Shown here in pieces: positions 17,318-26,520 of a stretch of 28,156 bases of DNA. Positions within the stretch are counted from its first letter, which is position 1. Every line of letters begins with the position of its first letter. The notes under the pieces were generated by a model that saw nothing but the letters and a program-made list of their open reading frames with translations, was not told the origin of the DNA and did no database searches. The DNA comes from Candidatus Thorarchaeota archaeon. GTDB lineage: Archaea; Asgardarchaeota; Thorarchaeia; Thorarchaeales; Thorarchaeaceae. The stretch lies in the NCBI GenBank assembly GCA_016840855.1, contig JAEORO010000153.1, positions 1 through 28,156 on the forward strand, given 5' to 3'. The position numbers were made by a program, and so were the translations under genes.

Positions 17318-18643
17318 CTATTTTTCCATTTTGGGTGAATCAGTTTCATCACTAACTGCTTCAATCTCTTCTCTAACTTCATTGCTAGAGAGCGATAAGA
17401 TACGTCTGGCTTGATGGATGAGCCAAGTCTTGAATGAGGAGCTTATCCGAATTGGTAGAATGAGGCTACTTAGAAGAACTCGTAGTACCTTATTTTTCAT
17501 TGTAGCTCGTTCAGGGTAACCAATGTATGCAAGCCCATGTTCCTTAAGAATATCCTCAAGTGCAACAATGAATGCTTCTTTTGCCATAGCAGTGAGATTG
17601 AGTCCCTTGAATATATCGCTCTCACGGAACTCCTTCCCATCAAGCACGCTTTTCCATTTCAGGTACTTAGCTTTCTCGGTAATATCAGTCAATGAATAGG
17701 CAATCTCACCAAGGTAAGGGACTAGTATTTTCTGAATCTCTGTCGGTGTTGGTTCGGATGATAGTTCATAATGTAGTTTAGCAATTGCAGATAGTTGCTG
17801 AGCTGGAGGACTAAACCATAACGTGTGCATGAGGCCCTCTATCTTTCTTAAAGTCATCTTATCTCTTTCTTCAATGTGATCCGGAATTTTATCAAGAACT
17901 TTCTCCATCGCTTTTTCAACTGTACCTCCGCTGAGCTTTCTCCAAATTTTGTCGAGCTCAATAACAGAGGCGGCATATCGATGAAATTTGAAGTCCAAGA
18001 ATTCCTCAAGATCTTTTGCAGTGAGAACATCAATCTCTTTCACACTGAATTCTTTATTCCCACCAGCGATTTCCCAGAGTCGTTTCGTGAAGAAATCAAC
18101 AACACCTGTTGAGTATGGGGTCTCAAATCTTAATGCATGGTCTCCAGGTTGCGCAATGATATGAGACGATTTGAGAGCATTCTCAAATGTTTTGAAAGTA
18201 GTAAGGTCAGTTGGAAAGAGATCCATTGCTCCGTGACCTGTTGTTGACCATACTGAAAGCTTTCCAGAGCCCTTATCATGTTCAACAATAATACGTTCCT
18301 TATCTCCGAGATGATCAAACTTTTGTGTGAATCCTTTCGAATACGCCATTACAGCGTAGAGCACAAATCGCTCCTTATTAGGTTCCAATCCTGGCATTCT
18401 AAGAATTAATCCAACTGCATCAAGAGGTTCACCATCAGACAGCCAAGCGCCTGTTGCTTGATCAAACTCCCATCTGTCCCCAAGTTGATAAAAGACCTCG
18501 CGAAGGCTTCTGAGGTCTTGCGCTTCTTTTGCTTTTTGTAGAGTTTCGCGTTCCCATGCTTCATAATCTCGTTTCATCTTGGACATACTTTTGCGTTCTA
18601 GTTCAAGCCATTGCGTTTCAATCTTGAGCTTTACCTTCAACAA
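17318..18643 (-). CDS. Hypothetical protein; N-terminal half possibly Vps62/NPP1-like, C-terminal half helical
   Basis: 441-aa ORF with GAGAGGA SD before the TTG (alternative ATG at 18586); motifs HLGDKE, STTGHG and AQPGDHA. Confidence 0.75.
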   Translation of the reverse strand: MLKVKLKIETQWLELERKSMSKMKRDYEAWERETLQKAKEAQDLRSLREVFYQLGDRWEFDQATGAWLSDGEPLDAVGLILRMPGLEPNKERFVLYAVMAYSKGFTQKFDHLGDKERIIVEHDKGSGKLSVWSTTGHGAMDLFPTDLTTFKTFENALKSSHIIAQPGDHALRFETPYSTGVVDFFTKRLWEIAGGNKEFSVKEIDVLTAKDLEEFLDFKFHRYAASVIELDKIWRKLSGGTVEKAMEKVLDKIPDHIEERDKMTLRKIEGLMHTLWFSPPAQQLSAIAKLHYELSSEPTPTEIQKILVPYLGEIAYSLTDITEKAKYLKWKSVLDGKEFRESDIFKGLNLTAMAKEAFIVALEDILKEHGLAYIGYPERATMKNKVLRVLLSSLILPIRISSSFKTWLIHQARRILSLSSNEVREEIEAVSDETDSPKMEK

Positions 18644-18740
18644 GATGTCCTCTCTTTATTATTCAGCTAATGCATAAGTAATTCCGATTTCAAATTCGTT
18701 GTGCCGTGAGACCACTTATGGATATCGAATTGACCCAAGA

Positions 18741-19772
18741 TTAACGCGCTTTAGTTGCTAGTGATAGAGCAGTAGACAATACCTCTGAAGTCATCAAAGA
18801 GGATTCATCTATCAGCGAGGGACTTATCACAAATGAAGACCGCATGTTCACTGAGAAATCGGAGGATTCATTTATAATAGCTAGAATAGGACCTGAAGGG
18901 AGTTCAACACGTTTCACATGCCATTTATTTTCAAGAAATGCAGGTGTATTATAAGAGAGTTCAAGTATCCGCGTAATATTTTCAATTCCAGTCTTTACAA
19001 TGATACGCTCTTTTTCATTTGATGGAAAACCCAGGTGATATTCAAAAATAAAATCACTACCCAGTTTGACCATAGCGCTGAAATCCACTATGACCATTGT
19101 TCGTCTTCTCTCGAATACATTTACAAATACTCGTAGACCACCTTTTGGATGCAAATTGTCTATGCACTTCAATCTCTTCTCAACAAGATATTGAAGGTGG
19201 TTCAAGTCCTCTTCAAAGCTGTAATCGCGCCTTATTCGAAAACCGCTAAGATAACTCATTAGAGCTGCAATAAGAAATACAGCAGTGCCCACTAGACAAA
19301 TGGGGTATGTGATGATCCCGAAGTAAAAGGAAGTTGACGAAAATGCGGACCAGACGAAGATTCCAAACCATGCAAGGTCACTCAAGTCATCAAGACTTCC
19401 TTTATCATACTTGAGGGTTTGAAGATCCAGCTTCTCAAAAATCGATGGAATCTCTCCAGGATGAATTTCCACAGTGTGAAGTTTACCGTTACTATCTAAG
19501 TGTACAGGATCGATGAACCGAAGAGTTTCTTTGTTAGAAACTCCAAGATCATAATAGGCTCGAGTGGCTGGAATCCCTATAGCAATCTGGGATCCAAACA
19601 AGAGAAGACTGGATATTATACCGGGTTGTGTAGAACAAACAAACCAGAAATAGGAGCTGTAGACAACACCTATGAGGAAACTGAATGCAAGTAAGAAGAG
19701 GTGGTTCTTTCTTGCGACTTGATTAGCAACTATGACAAGTCGCTTTGATGAAACCTCCTCAAGTTTACTCAT
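18741..19772 (-). CDS. Hypothetical membrane protein (two pairs of TM helices plus a soluble C-terminal domain)
   Basis: Hydrophobic segments at about aa 25-70 and 134-176; no family recognised. Confidence 0.8.
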   Translation of the reverse strand: MSKLEEVSSKRLVIVANQVARKNHLFLLAFSFLIGVVYSSYFWFVCSTQPGIISSLLLFGSQIAIGIPATRAYYDLGVSNKETLRFIDPVHLDSNGKLHTVEIHPGEIPSIFEKLDLQTLKYDKGSLDDLSDLAWFGIFVWSAFSSTSFYFGIITYPICLVGTAVFLIAALMSYLSGFRIRRDYSFEEDLNHLQYLVEKRLKCIDNLHPKGGLRVFVNVFERRRTMVIVDFSAMVKLGSDFIFEYHLGFPSNEKERIIVKTGIENITRILELSYNTPAFLENKWHVKRVELPSGPILAIINESSDFSVNMRSSFVISPSLIDESSLMTSEVLSTALSLATKAR

Positions 19773-19804
19773 AGCTCTACTCCAGAACCCCTTGTTTGCC
19801 TACT

Positions 19805-19818
19805 GGTATAAAGTCTTG
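19805..19818 (-). promoter_or_regulatory. Putative TATA box and BRE for the 18741..19772 gene
   Basis: Minus strand reads CAAGAC-TTTATACC, ending 33 nt upstream of the ATG, which is typical archaeal spacing. Confidence 0.45.
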
Positions 19819-19854
19819 ATGTTTAAAGCGAACCCTCAATATCCATGGCTAAAT

Positions 19855-20241
19855 TTAATCTATGAAAAATACGTCACCCTGATTCTCAACAGCCTTAACG
19901 CGAATGTGCATATCGTTTTCTAGCACATGAGTTGCATCAGTGACCTTAACTATAGCAATATTCCCATGTTGAGTAGCATAGGTAGCAAATTGACTAATAG
20001 CTTCGCCAAATTCTGCGAGAATTGCAGTGACTTTTTCGAATAAGCGTTTCAAGGACATGGGATTCTCATTGAAGTAGGACTCAAGGTCATAATGTAGAAC
20101 TGGAATTGAATCCGGAGTCCATTCTCGCTCAAGCTCTTTAGGTTCGCACACAATAACAGCTCTGCCAGAGAACTCTCCAGCTTCACTAACAGATTCACCT
20201 CGCAAAATCGGAAATGCTGGTGCATCTTTGTTCTTGCTCAC
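19855..20241 (-). CDS. Stand-alone PEP-utilising-enzyme mobile (swivelling phospho-His) domain-like protein lacking the His
   Basis: LRGESVS..GEFSGRAVIV...AILAEFGEAISQFATYA...IAIV.V.DAT..L.N....V follows the PEP-utiliser mobile-domain pattern (G-G-x-T-S-H-A-A) with Q at the His position. Confidence 0.7.
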   Translation of the reverse strand: MSKNKDAPAFPILRGESVSEAGEFSGRAVIVCEPKELEREWTPDSIPVLHYDLESYFNENPMSLKRLFEKVTAILAEFGEAISQFATYATQHGNIAIVKVTDATHVLENDMHIRVKAVENQGDVFFID

Positions 20242-20383
20242 AGTTTAGCACGCTCTTCTGAGTGATGACACACGTCACTACGTTCGGATAGCTGAAACTT
20301 TAACGTTTCGGAGATGGGCTTGATAGGATTTCACCTACCTTCATCCTAATAACAGCAAACACAATAGCCAAAACGGTGCTTAA

Positions 20384-20911
20384 ATGGCTGTTTATGAATT
20401 TGAAAAGAGAAAACCAGTCATAGGTGACACCTCTTATGTAAGTCATTCAGCTTCAGTGATAGGAAAAGTCACAATAGGTGAAGAGTGCTACATCGCGCCT
20501 GGTGCTGTAGTAAAAGGCGACTACGGAGAGGTTAGAGTCGGGGATGGAACCAGTATACAAGATAATGTCATCATACACGCGCGACCCAACGAATTGACTG
20601 TGATTGGGAGTAACGTGACACTAGGTCATGGATGCATTATTCATAATGCTACTGTGCAAGATGATGCAGTAATAGGCATGGGAGCTATAATTTCAGATTA
20701 TTCAACTGTTGGGACCTGGGCTATCGTTGGTGAAGGAGCTGTAGTTCGCGCAAGATTCGAGGTCCCTGCAGGAATGATTGCAGTGGGTGTACCAGCCAAA
20801 GTAATTGGAGAGGTCCAAGTCCATCATAAGGAGGAGTTGACTCGATTCAAAACAATCTACAGAGATCTCGCTTGTAGATATCCAATTGGTTTGAAAAAGC
20901 TTAGGGATTAA
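20384..20911 (+). CDS. Gamma-carbonic-anhydrase family hexapeptide-repeat protein (YrdA/CaiE/PaaY-like)
   Basis: Left-handed beta-helix repeats, IQDNVIIH and LGHGCIIH (three Zn-ligand His), GVPAKV. Confidence 0.92.
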   Translation: MAVYEFEKRKPVIGDTSYVSHSASVIGKVTIGEECYIAPGAVVKGDYGEVRVGDGTSIQDNVIIHARPNELTVIGSNVTLGHGCIIHNATVQDDAVIGMGAIISDYSTVGTWAIVGEGAVVRARFEVPAGMIAVGVPAKVIGEVQVHHKEELTRFKTIYRDLACRYPIGLKKLRD

Positions 20912-20924
20912 TCTTCAATGAAAA

Positions 20925-20955
20925 GGAATAGAGGGCTTATTGCCCTCTTTGTTTC
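20925..20955. terminator. Hairpin between convergent genes
   Basis: AGAGGGC (20930-20936) pairs with GCCCTCT (20942-20948), with an A-rich left flank and a T-rich right flank. Confidence 0.55.
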
Positions 20956-21717
20956 CTATACTAGTGATACCATGCGGTCTCTGTTGAATCTACTAAATGC
21001 TAATACCCATGTCACTATGAACAATGTCGCGGCAATCAAAACTGTAAGGATATTTGAAAACCAGACTGCAGCTGAATCGATACCTCCTCCACTTAGGGTC
21101 ATCATTGGCAGAATCATCGGGAGGATGAAAACCATTACAAGAGCGCCGGATGACTGATAAGCCTCGTACACACGAGAAACTCTTCCACTAATCAGAATCA
21201 TTATTGAATTCATGGCGAGAATCATAAGCGGGCCAGCAGTGAGAAGTAGGAATAGTCCAGCAAAATCAGGTAATAGCATGGGAGGATAACCAGCAAGCAT
21301 CAGCAGAATAATAGTCCCAATTTCTGACACCAAAATTGACCCTAATAGAAGAGCCATGCTTGGTATGAACGAACTCAAAACCTTCCCAACAAGTAGCTCT
21401 CGATCTGTTAGTGGAGTACAAAGAAGTGGTTCAAGCGTATTCTGTTCACGTTCTCCTACGAGAGCATTAGCAGCTATAAGCGACGCAGGTATTATGGCAA
21501 CTAGACCAATCATCGGAGAAATCGTCGGGCTCATCATTAGCATAACTACTATGAATTCTGCTTCACTTGGAATCGTAAATACGAGAAGACCCACAGTCGC
21601 AAGAACCATTATAGGACCGATAGCAGCCACAAAAATAAGGCCATATTTCACATAACCTACTTGTAGCGCCATCTTCAGGTCAGTCTTTGCTACAATGAGT
21701 GATTTGTCTAATCCCAT
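20956..21717 (-). CDS. ABC-2 type exporter permease
   Basis: Six TM segments and the signature GEREQNTLEPLLCTPLTDRELLVGK; TAATG overlap with the ATPase gene. Confidence 0.92.
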   Translation of the reverse strand: MGLDKSLIVAKTDLKMALQVGYVKYGLIFVAAIGPIMVLATVGLLVFTIPSEAEFIVVMLMMSPTISPMIGLVAIIPASLIAANALVGEREQNTLEPLLCTPLTDRELLVGKVLSSFIPSMALLLGSILVSEIGTIILLMLAGYPPMLLPDFAGLFLLLTAGPLMILAMNSIMILISGRVSRVYEAYQSSGALVMVFILPMILPMMTLSGGGIDSAAVWFSNILTVLIAATLFIVTWVLAFSRFNRDRMVSLV

Positions 21718-22667
21718 TATGCACTACCTCCCTTTATTACTTCAAGATAGAGATCTTCGAGTGTAGCTCCTTCTTCTGCAAATTCAACTATTTTGACTCC
21801 ATCGGACAACAATGCTTGCATCAATTCAGAGTTATTTTCTGTTGGATTATCGACGGTTACAAGTATAGAATCAAATTCATCTTCCACATTCTCGACAAAA
21901 TTCATCGATTTAGCAATTGAACTCGCTTTCGATACATCACCGACAATTCTAATCCTGAATTCTTGTTTCGCATGTAATTTTGAACGCAATTCTTGGGTTG
22001 GTCCTTGAAGGAGTATCTTCCCTTCATCAATGATCGCAATTCGGTCACATACTCTCTGAACCTCGGGTAGATTGTGTGAATTTATGAAGAAAGTCTGTTT
22101 ATACTTTTGAGACAAACCTAGTATTAACTCTCGCACGCGTTTCGCGGCAACTGGGTCAAGAGCTGAGCTAGGCTCATCGAGAAGCAATACTCTTGGTCTA
22201 TGAAGCATTGCTCTGCATAAAGCAAGACGCTGACGGTTTCCTGTACTTAGCTCTCCAGCTTTGTCGTCTTTTCTATCCCAAAGCTCCATGAAAGTCAAGA
22301 GTTCTTCTATCCGCTCATGAATTTCATCTTCTGGTACATCGTAGAGCCTAGCAAAATACAGCAGATTATCATATGCTGTTAATGTTGGGTAAATGGTATG
22401 GTTCCCTTCTTCTGGTAGCACACCGGTAATTTCACGAACATTGACTGGATCATCAATAATGTCAAAGCCACCTACAGAAGCAGTACCATCAGTAGGTCGA
22501 AGTAGAGTACTAAGTAACCTAGTTGTGGTTGACTTTCCAGCCCCATTTGGACCAAGTAGTCCAAATATCGTCCCTTCAGGAATGTTCAGTTCCATATGGT
22601 CAACTGCGACCAAATCTCCGAAATTCTTCGTAAGACCTGAGATTATCACTTCATCCAACATAACCAC
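21717..22667 (-). CDS. ABC exporter ATP-binding protein (DrrA/CcmA-like)
   Basis: Walker A GPNGAGKST, signature LSTGNRQR, Walker B LLLDEPSSALD, NSH, C-terminal TLEDLYL. Confidence 0.95.
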   Translation of the reverse strand: MVMLDEVIISGLTKNFGDLVAVDHMELNIPEGTIFGLLGPNGAGKSTTTRLLSTLLRPTDGTASVGGFDIIDDPVNVREITGVLPEEGNHTIYPTLTAYDNLLYFARLYDVPEDEIHERIEELLTFMELWDRKDDKAGELSTGNRQRLALCRAMLHRPRVLLLDEPSSALDPVAAKRVRELILGLSQKYKQTFFINSHNLPEVQRVCDRIAIIDEGKILLQGPTQELRSKLHAKQEFRIRIVGDVSKASSIAKSMNFVENVEDEFDSILVTVDNPTENNSELMQALLSDGVKIVEFAEEGATLEDLYLEVIKGGSA

Positions 22668-22740
22668 ATCTCAAAAGATGTGTAACACTATCTCGATAAA
22701 AATCTGATTAACGAGGAAGCAGAATTCTACGCCTCTTGTT

Positions 22741-22995
22741 TTACACCCTCGTTATTTTTTCAACGACTGCTGTTGAAGTTTCCTTAATCCCGGGGATCCT
22801 GTGTATTTTCTGGACAGTGATTTCATAGAGCTCTTCTAGACTATTAGTTTCCAATAGAACTACTATATCATAACTCCCTGTAGTCACTGCTACAGTGGTC
22901 GCTTCATCAATCTTACGAAGTGCCTCAAGGACTTCATCAGTATGACCAAGTTCAAGATCCATCAAAACGTATGCTAGTACTTTTCCAGCCATCAT
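22741..22995 (-). CDS. Stand-alone Lrp/AsnC ligand-binding (RAM) domain protein
   Basis: 84 aa; AYVLM...VTTGSYDIVV...IHRIPGIKETST; no HTH. Confidence 0.9.
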   Translation of the reverse strand: MMAGKVLAYVLMDLELGHTDEVLEALRKIDEATTVAVTTGSYDIVVLLETNSLEELYEITVQKIHRIPGIKETSTAVVEKITRV

Positions 22996-23014
22996 TTTTA
23001 ACTCCTATTTTCAA

Positions 23015-24274
23015 TTATGTATATTCTTTCATCACCACGAGAGTTTCAACATCTTTTATCCCTTCAATCTTCTGTATCTTTTTAAGAATCAGTGAACGTG
23101 TCTTTGTTAGGTTTCTGCTTTTAACACTGAGTAGATAATCGTGAGATCCTGCAAGCGCTGCGGCTGATTCAACTCCTTTTATATCAAACAACTCAGGCAG
23201 TAGATCTCCAGTCAAAGGTTTCACTTGTATAAGCACTATTGAACGAACATCTGAAGCTTCTAACGCAAGAACTCCTATCATCACAAGAATGACACCAAAC
23301 ATCTTCAAGGACCAGAGGAAAGCATCCGCATCAAGAACTCCAAATGCTCCAGGAATTAGAAGATTGCCAAGTACAGTTACAGGGATTCCGAGTACGACAG
23401 AAACTGAAGATAATGAGTTGACAACTGCCATCTTACCTCGACCCAGAGCTCGAATATACATCACAATCGAAAAGAAAGCGGTTACTGAACCTCCAACCAA
23501 ATACCAGAACAACGGAATGAATTGGATCGACATTGATAGCCAATCGGATTCATTCAGGAAAGGAAACGCAAGAAGACTCATTACTGAATTTAGGACAAGC
23601 AGAGTCCAAATTCTCATGTTCAATGAATCAACTCGGAGACCTGGAGAAATCTCATATCGTTTTGTCTTTCGCTGATAGTAGGTCACAAGCGCTGATGATA
23701 TGTTTAACGGGCCAAGCACCATTAATAGTGTAGTAACCTCAAAACCTCCAGGAGTTGCTCCAACAAGAAGAACCCCGAAGAGAATTGAAATAATCGATTG
23801 AATTTCAATTATCGTTGGTGTGTCTTTCTCAGCAAGTAGATCTCCTATCAAAAGGTAGATGATTACAAGCTGACCGTATGGTAGAACAGTAGATGCATCA
23901 TGGGAACCAGCCAGAATGTAATAGAACAGTGTAGAAATGCCTGCAAAGACTCCAGCCAATGCTATGTAAATCATTGGCGTCTTAGGGAGCAGACGGATTC
24001 GACCAAAGTCTGGATCCAAACTATACCCTATAGCTCTTTTTCTTCCATCCATAGTTCGTTTAATACTTAAAAAAATAACAGTGAGAAAGGTAACAGCAAA
24101 GCTTGTCCACTGTGCTAGAAAACCATAAGCTAGTGGAGGGATACTAATAGTATTGAGAGCAACAATGTCGAATGTAACTGAGAATGTCCGCATTACACCT
24201 GATCCAAGAGCAAGAGAGTAGAATATGGTCGATGCTGAACTTCGACTGACAGGTCTCTGACTTCTACTACTCAT
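23015..24274 (-). CDS. DMT/EamA-like transporter fused to a C-terminal Lrp/AsnC RAM domain
   Basis: About 10 TM helices in two repeats, then soluble RSIVLIQV...LAGSHDYLL...IQKIEGIKDVETLVV (23015-23245). Confidence 0.8.
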   Translation of the reverse strand: MSSRSQRPVSRSSASTIFYSLALGSGVMRTFSVTFDIVALNTISIPPLAYGFLAQWTSFAVTFLTVIFLSIKRTMDGRKRAIGYSLDPDFGRIRLLPKTPMIYIALAGVFAGISTLFYYILAGSHDASTVLPYGQLVIIYLLIGDLLAEKDTPTIIEIQSIISILFGVLLVGATPGGFEVTTLLMVLGPLNISSALVTYYQRKTKRYEISPGLRVDSLNMRIWTLLVLNSVMSLLAFPFLNESDWLSMSIQFIPLFWYLVGGSVTAFFSIVMYIRALGRGKMAVVNSLSSVSVVLGIPVTVLGNLLIPGAFGVLDADAFLWSLKMFGVILVMIGVLALEASDVRSIVLIQVKPLTGDLLPELFDIKGVESAAALAGSHDYLLSVKSRNLTKTRSLILKKIQKIEGIKDVETLVVMKEYT

Positions 24275-24339
24275 TCGTATTCTCCCCCGTATTCTCCTAA
24301 TCTATAATGAGATTAAAGGCTGAAGTATTATTGCTCTTT

Positions 24340-25413
24340 CTAATTGCCTTGTGATTCGTTAGGTGTATGTTCTAACTCCTCGGTTTCAGTTGCTTCAAGA
24401 GCATCTTCACTAGCAAGCTCAGGTTCTATTTCAGGTTCAAATTCAGCACGATCCTCAAGTAGATCGTCTTCTTCTTGTTTCCTTGATCGTTTCTTCGGTT
24501 TCTTCTTCTTGTCATCAGTGACTTGACGCTGCGCAAGAATGAACTCGTCAAAAGTGAGTCGTTTACCTGATTGCAGTTTCTCAACCGCCTCCTCAGCTCG
24601 TTCTCGTTCCTGAGCTCTCTGTTGGTCTCGTATTTCCTGGCGTTCAATATCACGTTTTTCAACAGTGTATTTACGAAGCTTTCCTTGTATGTCTTCAATC
24701 TGAGTTCGGAGGTCCTTTAGCTTCGCCTCACCATCTTTTACTTTCTTCAACCATTCAACGAAATTCTTGTGTGCTGTATCGGCTGACTTTTTGTATTCTT
24801 CAAGCTGTGGACGAATTCTCACAACTTCCTGATGATGAACTTGTGATTTTTCAGATAGCTCGATAACCTTCTCATGTGCGTCTGAAGCTTCTTCCTTTAG
24901 CTTTCTTGCAAGTCTACGAAGTTCACTTATTCGATCCTGTTTCTCTTTCTCTTGACCGATTTTGACAAGCTTGGCTTCTATCTTTGCAATCTCTTCAACA
25001 ATAGACAACTCCTCGTCTCTGGTTAGTTGGTCCGTCTGTTGACGCCACTCTAGCTCTTCAACACGACGCATCATCCGGCGTTGATCTGTCGATGGACTTC
25101 CAACAAGATTACTTCGAAGCTCCCTTATTTCATCGTAAACGCTTTTCAGTTGAGCATGAATCGCGGTTCTTCGGTCTTTAGCTTCGGAAATTTCTTTGTT
25201 AATTCTATCTCGCTCTTCGCGTTCAGCTTTAACTGATTCAATCAGACCCCTAACTTCCTTATTATGGTCGTCTCGAATTGTCTTGTATTCTCTCATCTGA
25301 TCTCGGTCGCGTCTGAGTATCTCAAGTTCGTCCCGAGCTTGTACTTTGAGTTCACGGAGCTTTGCTCGTAGAAACTCAACATCTTCTGGTTTGGCTTCTG
25401 CGGCTTCAGTCAA
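24340..25413 (-). CDS. Archaeal long coiled-coil protein (COG1340-like) with an acidic tail
   Basis: Heptad-rich E/K/R protein with LEWRQQT..LTRDEE..IVEEI and EKLQSGKRLTFDE. The start is re-placed at TTG 25413 (AAGGA SD and own promoter); the ORF-track extension to 25554 looks non-coding. Confidence 0.8.
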   Translation of the reverse strand: MTEAAEAKPEDVEFLRAKLRELKVQARDELEILRRDRDQMREYKTIRDDHNKEVRGLIESVKAEREERDRINKEISEAKDRRTAIHAQLKSVYDEIRELRSNLVGSPSTDQRRMMRRVEELEWRQQTDQLTRDEELSIVEEIAKIEAKLVKIGQEKEKQDRISELRRLARKLKEEASDAHEKVIELSEKSQVHHQEVVRIRPQLEEYKKSADTAHKNFVEWLKKVKDGEAKLKDLRTQIEDIQGKLRKYTVEKRDIERQEIRDQQRAQERERAEEAVEKLQSGKRLTFDEFILAQRQVTDDKKKKPKKRSRKQEEDDLLEDRAEFEPEIEPELASEDALEATETEELEHTPNESQGN

Positions 25414-25515
25414 AGGAATTCTGTCCTTAGAATTTCGTTTTGCAGGTTCTGCATAGCAGAACGGATTTCGTCCACCACATTGGGTGTTTCGATTACCGTC
25501 TTTCGCATGATGCCT

Positions 25516-25530
25516 TCTTAAAAGGTTTCG
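25516..25530 (-). promoter_or_regulatory. BRE plus TATA box for the coiled-coil gene
   Basis: Minus strand reads CGAAACC-TTTTAAG, a good match to the archaeal BRE/TATA arrangement, just downstream of the RimK-family stop. Confidence 0.6.
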
Positions 25531-25540
25531 CATGGAGCGA

Positions 25541-26449
25541 CTACATTCTAGCAAAGCGATGAGCTATTTTATCGGATATATCAAAATCGGTGACTTGTTG
25601 CAATCCAGTCCAACCGGGCGTAGCATTTGCTTCTAGAATCCAGAGGTTTCCATCAATATCTGGTATGATATCCACACCGACTAATCTACCCCTTACAGAT
25701 CTTGCAGCTCTAATTGAGAGTTTAGTAACATCCATTGTGTTAGTTCGTGGGACTCCACCACTATGAATGTTTGTGGTAATTCCTTCACCACCTACGCGTT
25801 GCATCGTAGCAATCACTTCATCGTCTATCACAAGAGCACGAATATCAAATCCAGGACTCTCTACAAATTCTTGGAGCAAATAGGCGCCTTTACCAAACAT
25901 TTGACTATGGAATTTGAGGTAGTCATAGATATTATCCAGATCGAATTCTCGTTCTATTAGCTGGACACCAAGACCTCCAAATCCAGTGATTGGTTTTAAA
26001 ACGCAAGGGAAATGTTCTTTGACGAAATCTGCTGCGTCCTCAATTGACTCTGTTATGAGAGTATTCGGAACTGGAAGTCCTGCAGAAATTAATCTTCGCA
26101 TAGTTTCAGCTTTATTTCTCATTAAGAGTATAGAAGAAACAGAGTTAATGACGGTGACGCCCATTTCTGTGAGAGCGGAGAGTAGACCCACACGATTGAA
26201 AAAAGTACCAATATCATTCGCCCCGAGATCAAGTACAATTAGAAGATCAAGTGATGATAGATCTATGCCATTCATCGTTATGACATGATGATTCGTGGAA
26301 CCTCTCCTTGATACTTTCCATGGAAGGACTTGAATGGTTTCAACACCCAATCGATTAAAGGAGTCTTGAAGACTTTGTTCTCGTCGAGACCATGGATCGG
26401 AAGAAAAGAAACCAACTTTCGAAATATACTCGGGGCTCAATACAATCAC
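25541..26449 (-). CDS. RimK/LysX-family ATP-grasp alpha-L-glutamate ligase (MptN/CofF-like role possible)
   Basis: RNKAET, PVPNT, VLKPITGFGGLGV, LLQEFV, DIRALV, TNIHSGG, GVDII and EANATPGW. Confidence 0.9.
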   Translation of the reverse strand: MIVLSPEYISKVGFFSSDPWSRREQSLQDSFNRLGVETIQVLPWKVSRRGSTNHHVITMNGIDLSSLDLLIVLDLGANDIGTFFNRVGLLSALTEMGVTVINSVSSILLMRNKAETMRRLISAGLPVPNTLITESIEDAADFVKEHFPCVLKPITGFGGLGVQLIEREFDLDNIYDYLKFHSQMFGKGAYLLQEFVESPGFDIRALVIDDEVIATMQRVGGEGITTNIHSGGVPRTNTMDVTKLSIRAARSVRGRLVGVDIIPDIDGNLWILEANATPGWTGLQQVTDFDISDKIAHRFARM

Positions 26450-26520
26450 TCCAATTGAGGATGAACTATTTCATAACCATAACGACTAGCTTTTATGTTC
26501 TATCAATTTGTACTTTGTAG

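Noticed and set aside
25414-25554. 47-aa N-terminal extension of the coiled-coil ORF
   Set aside because: It overlaps the RimK stop, contains the BRE/TATA, and differs in composition from the rest of the protein.
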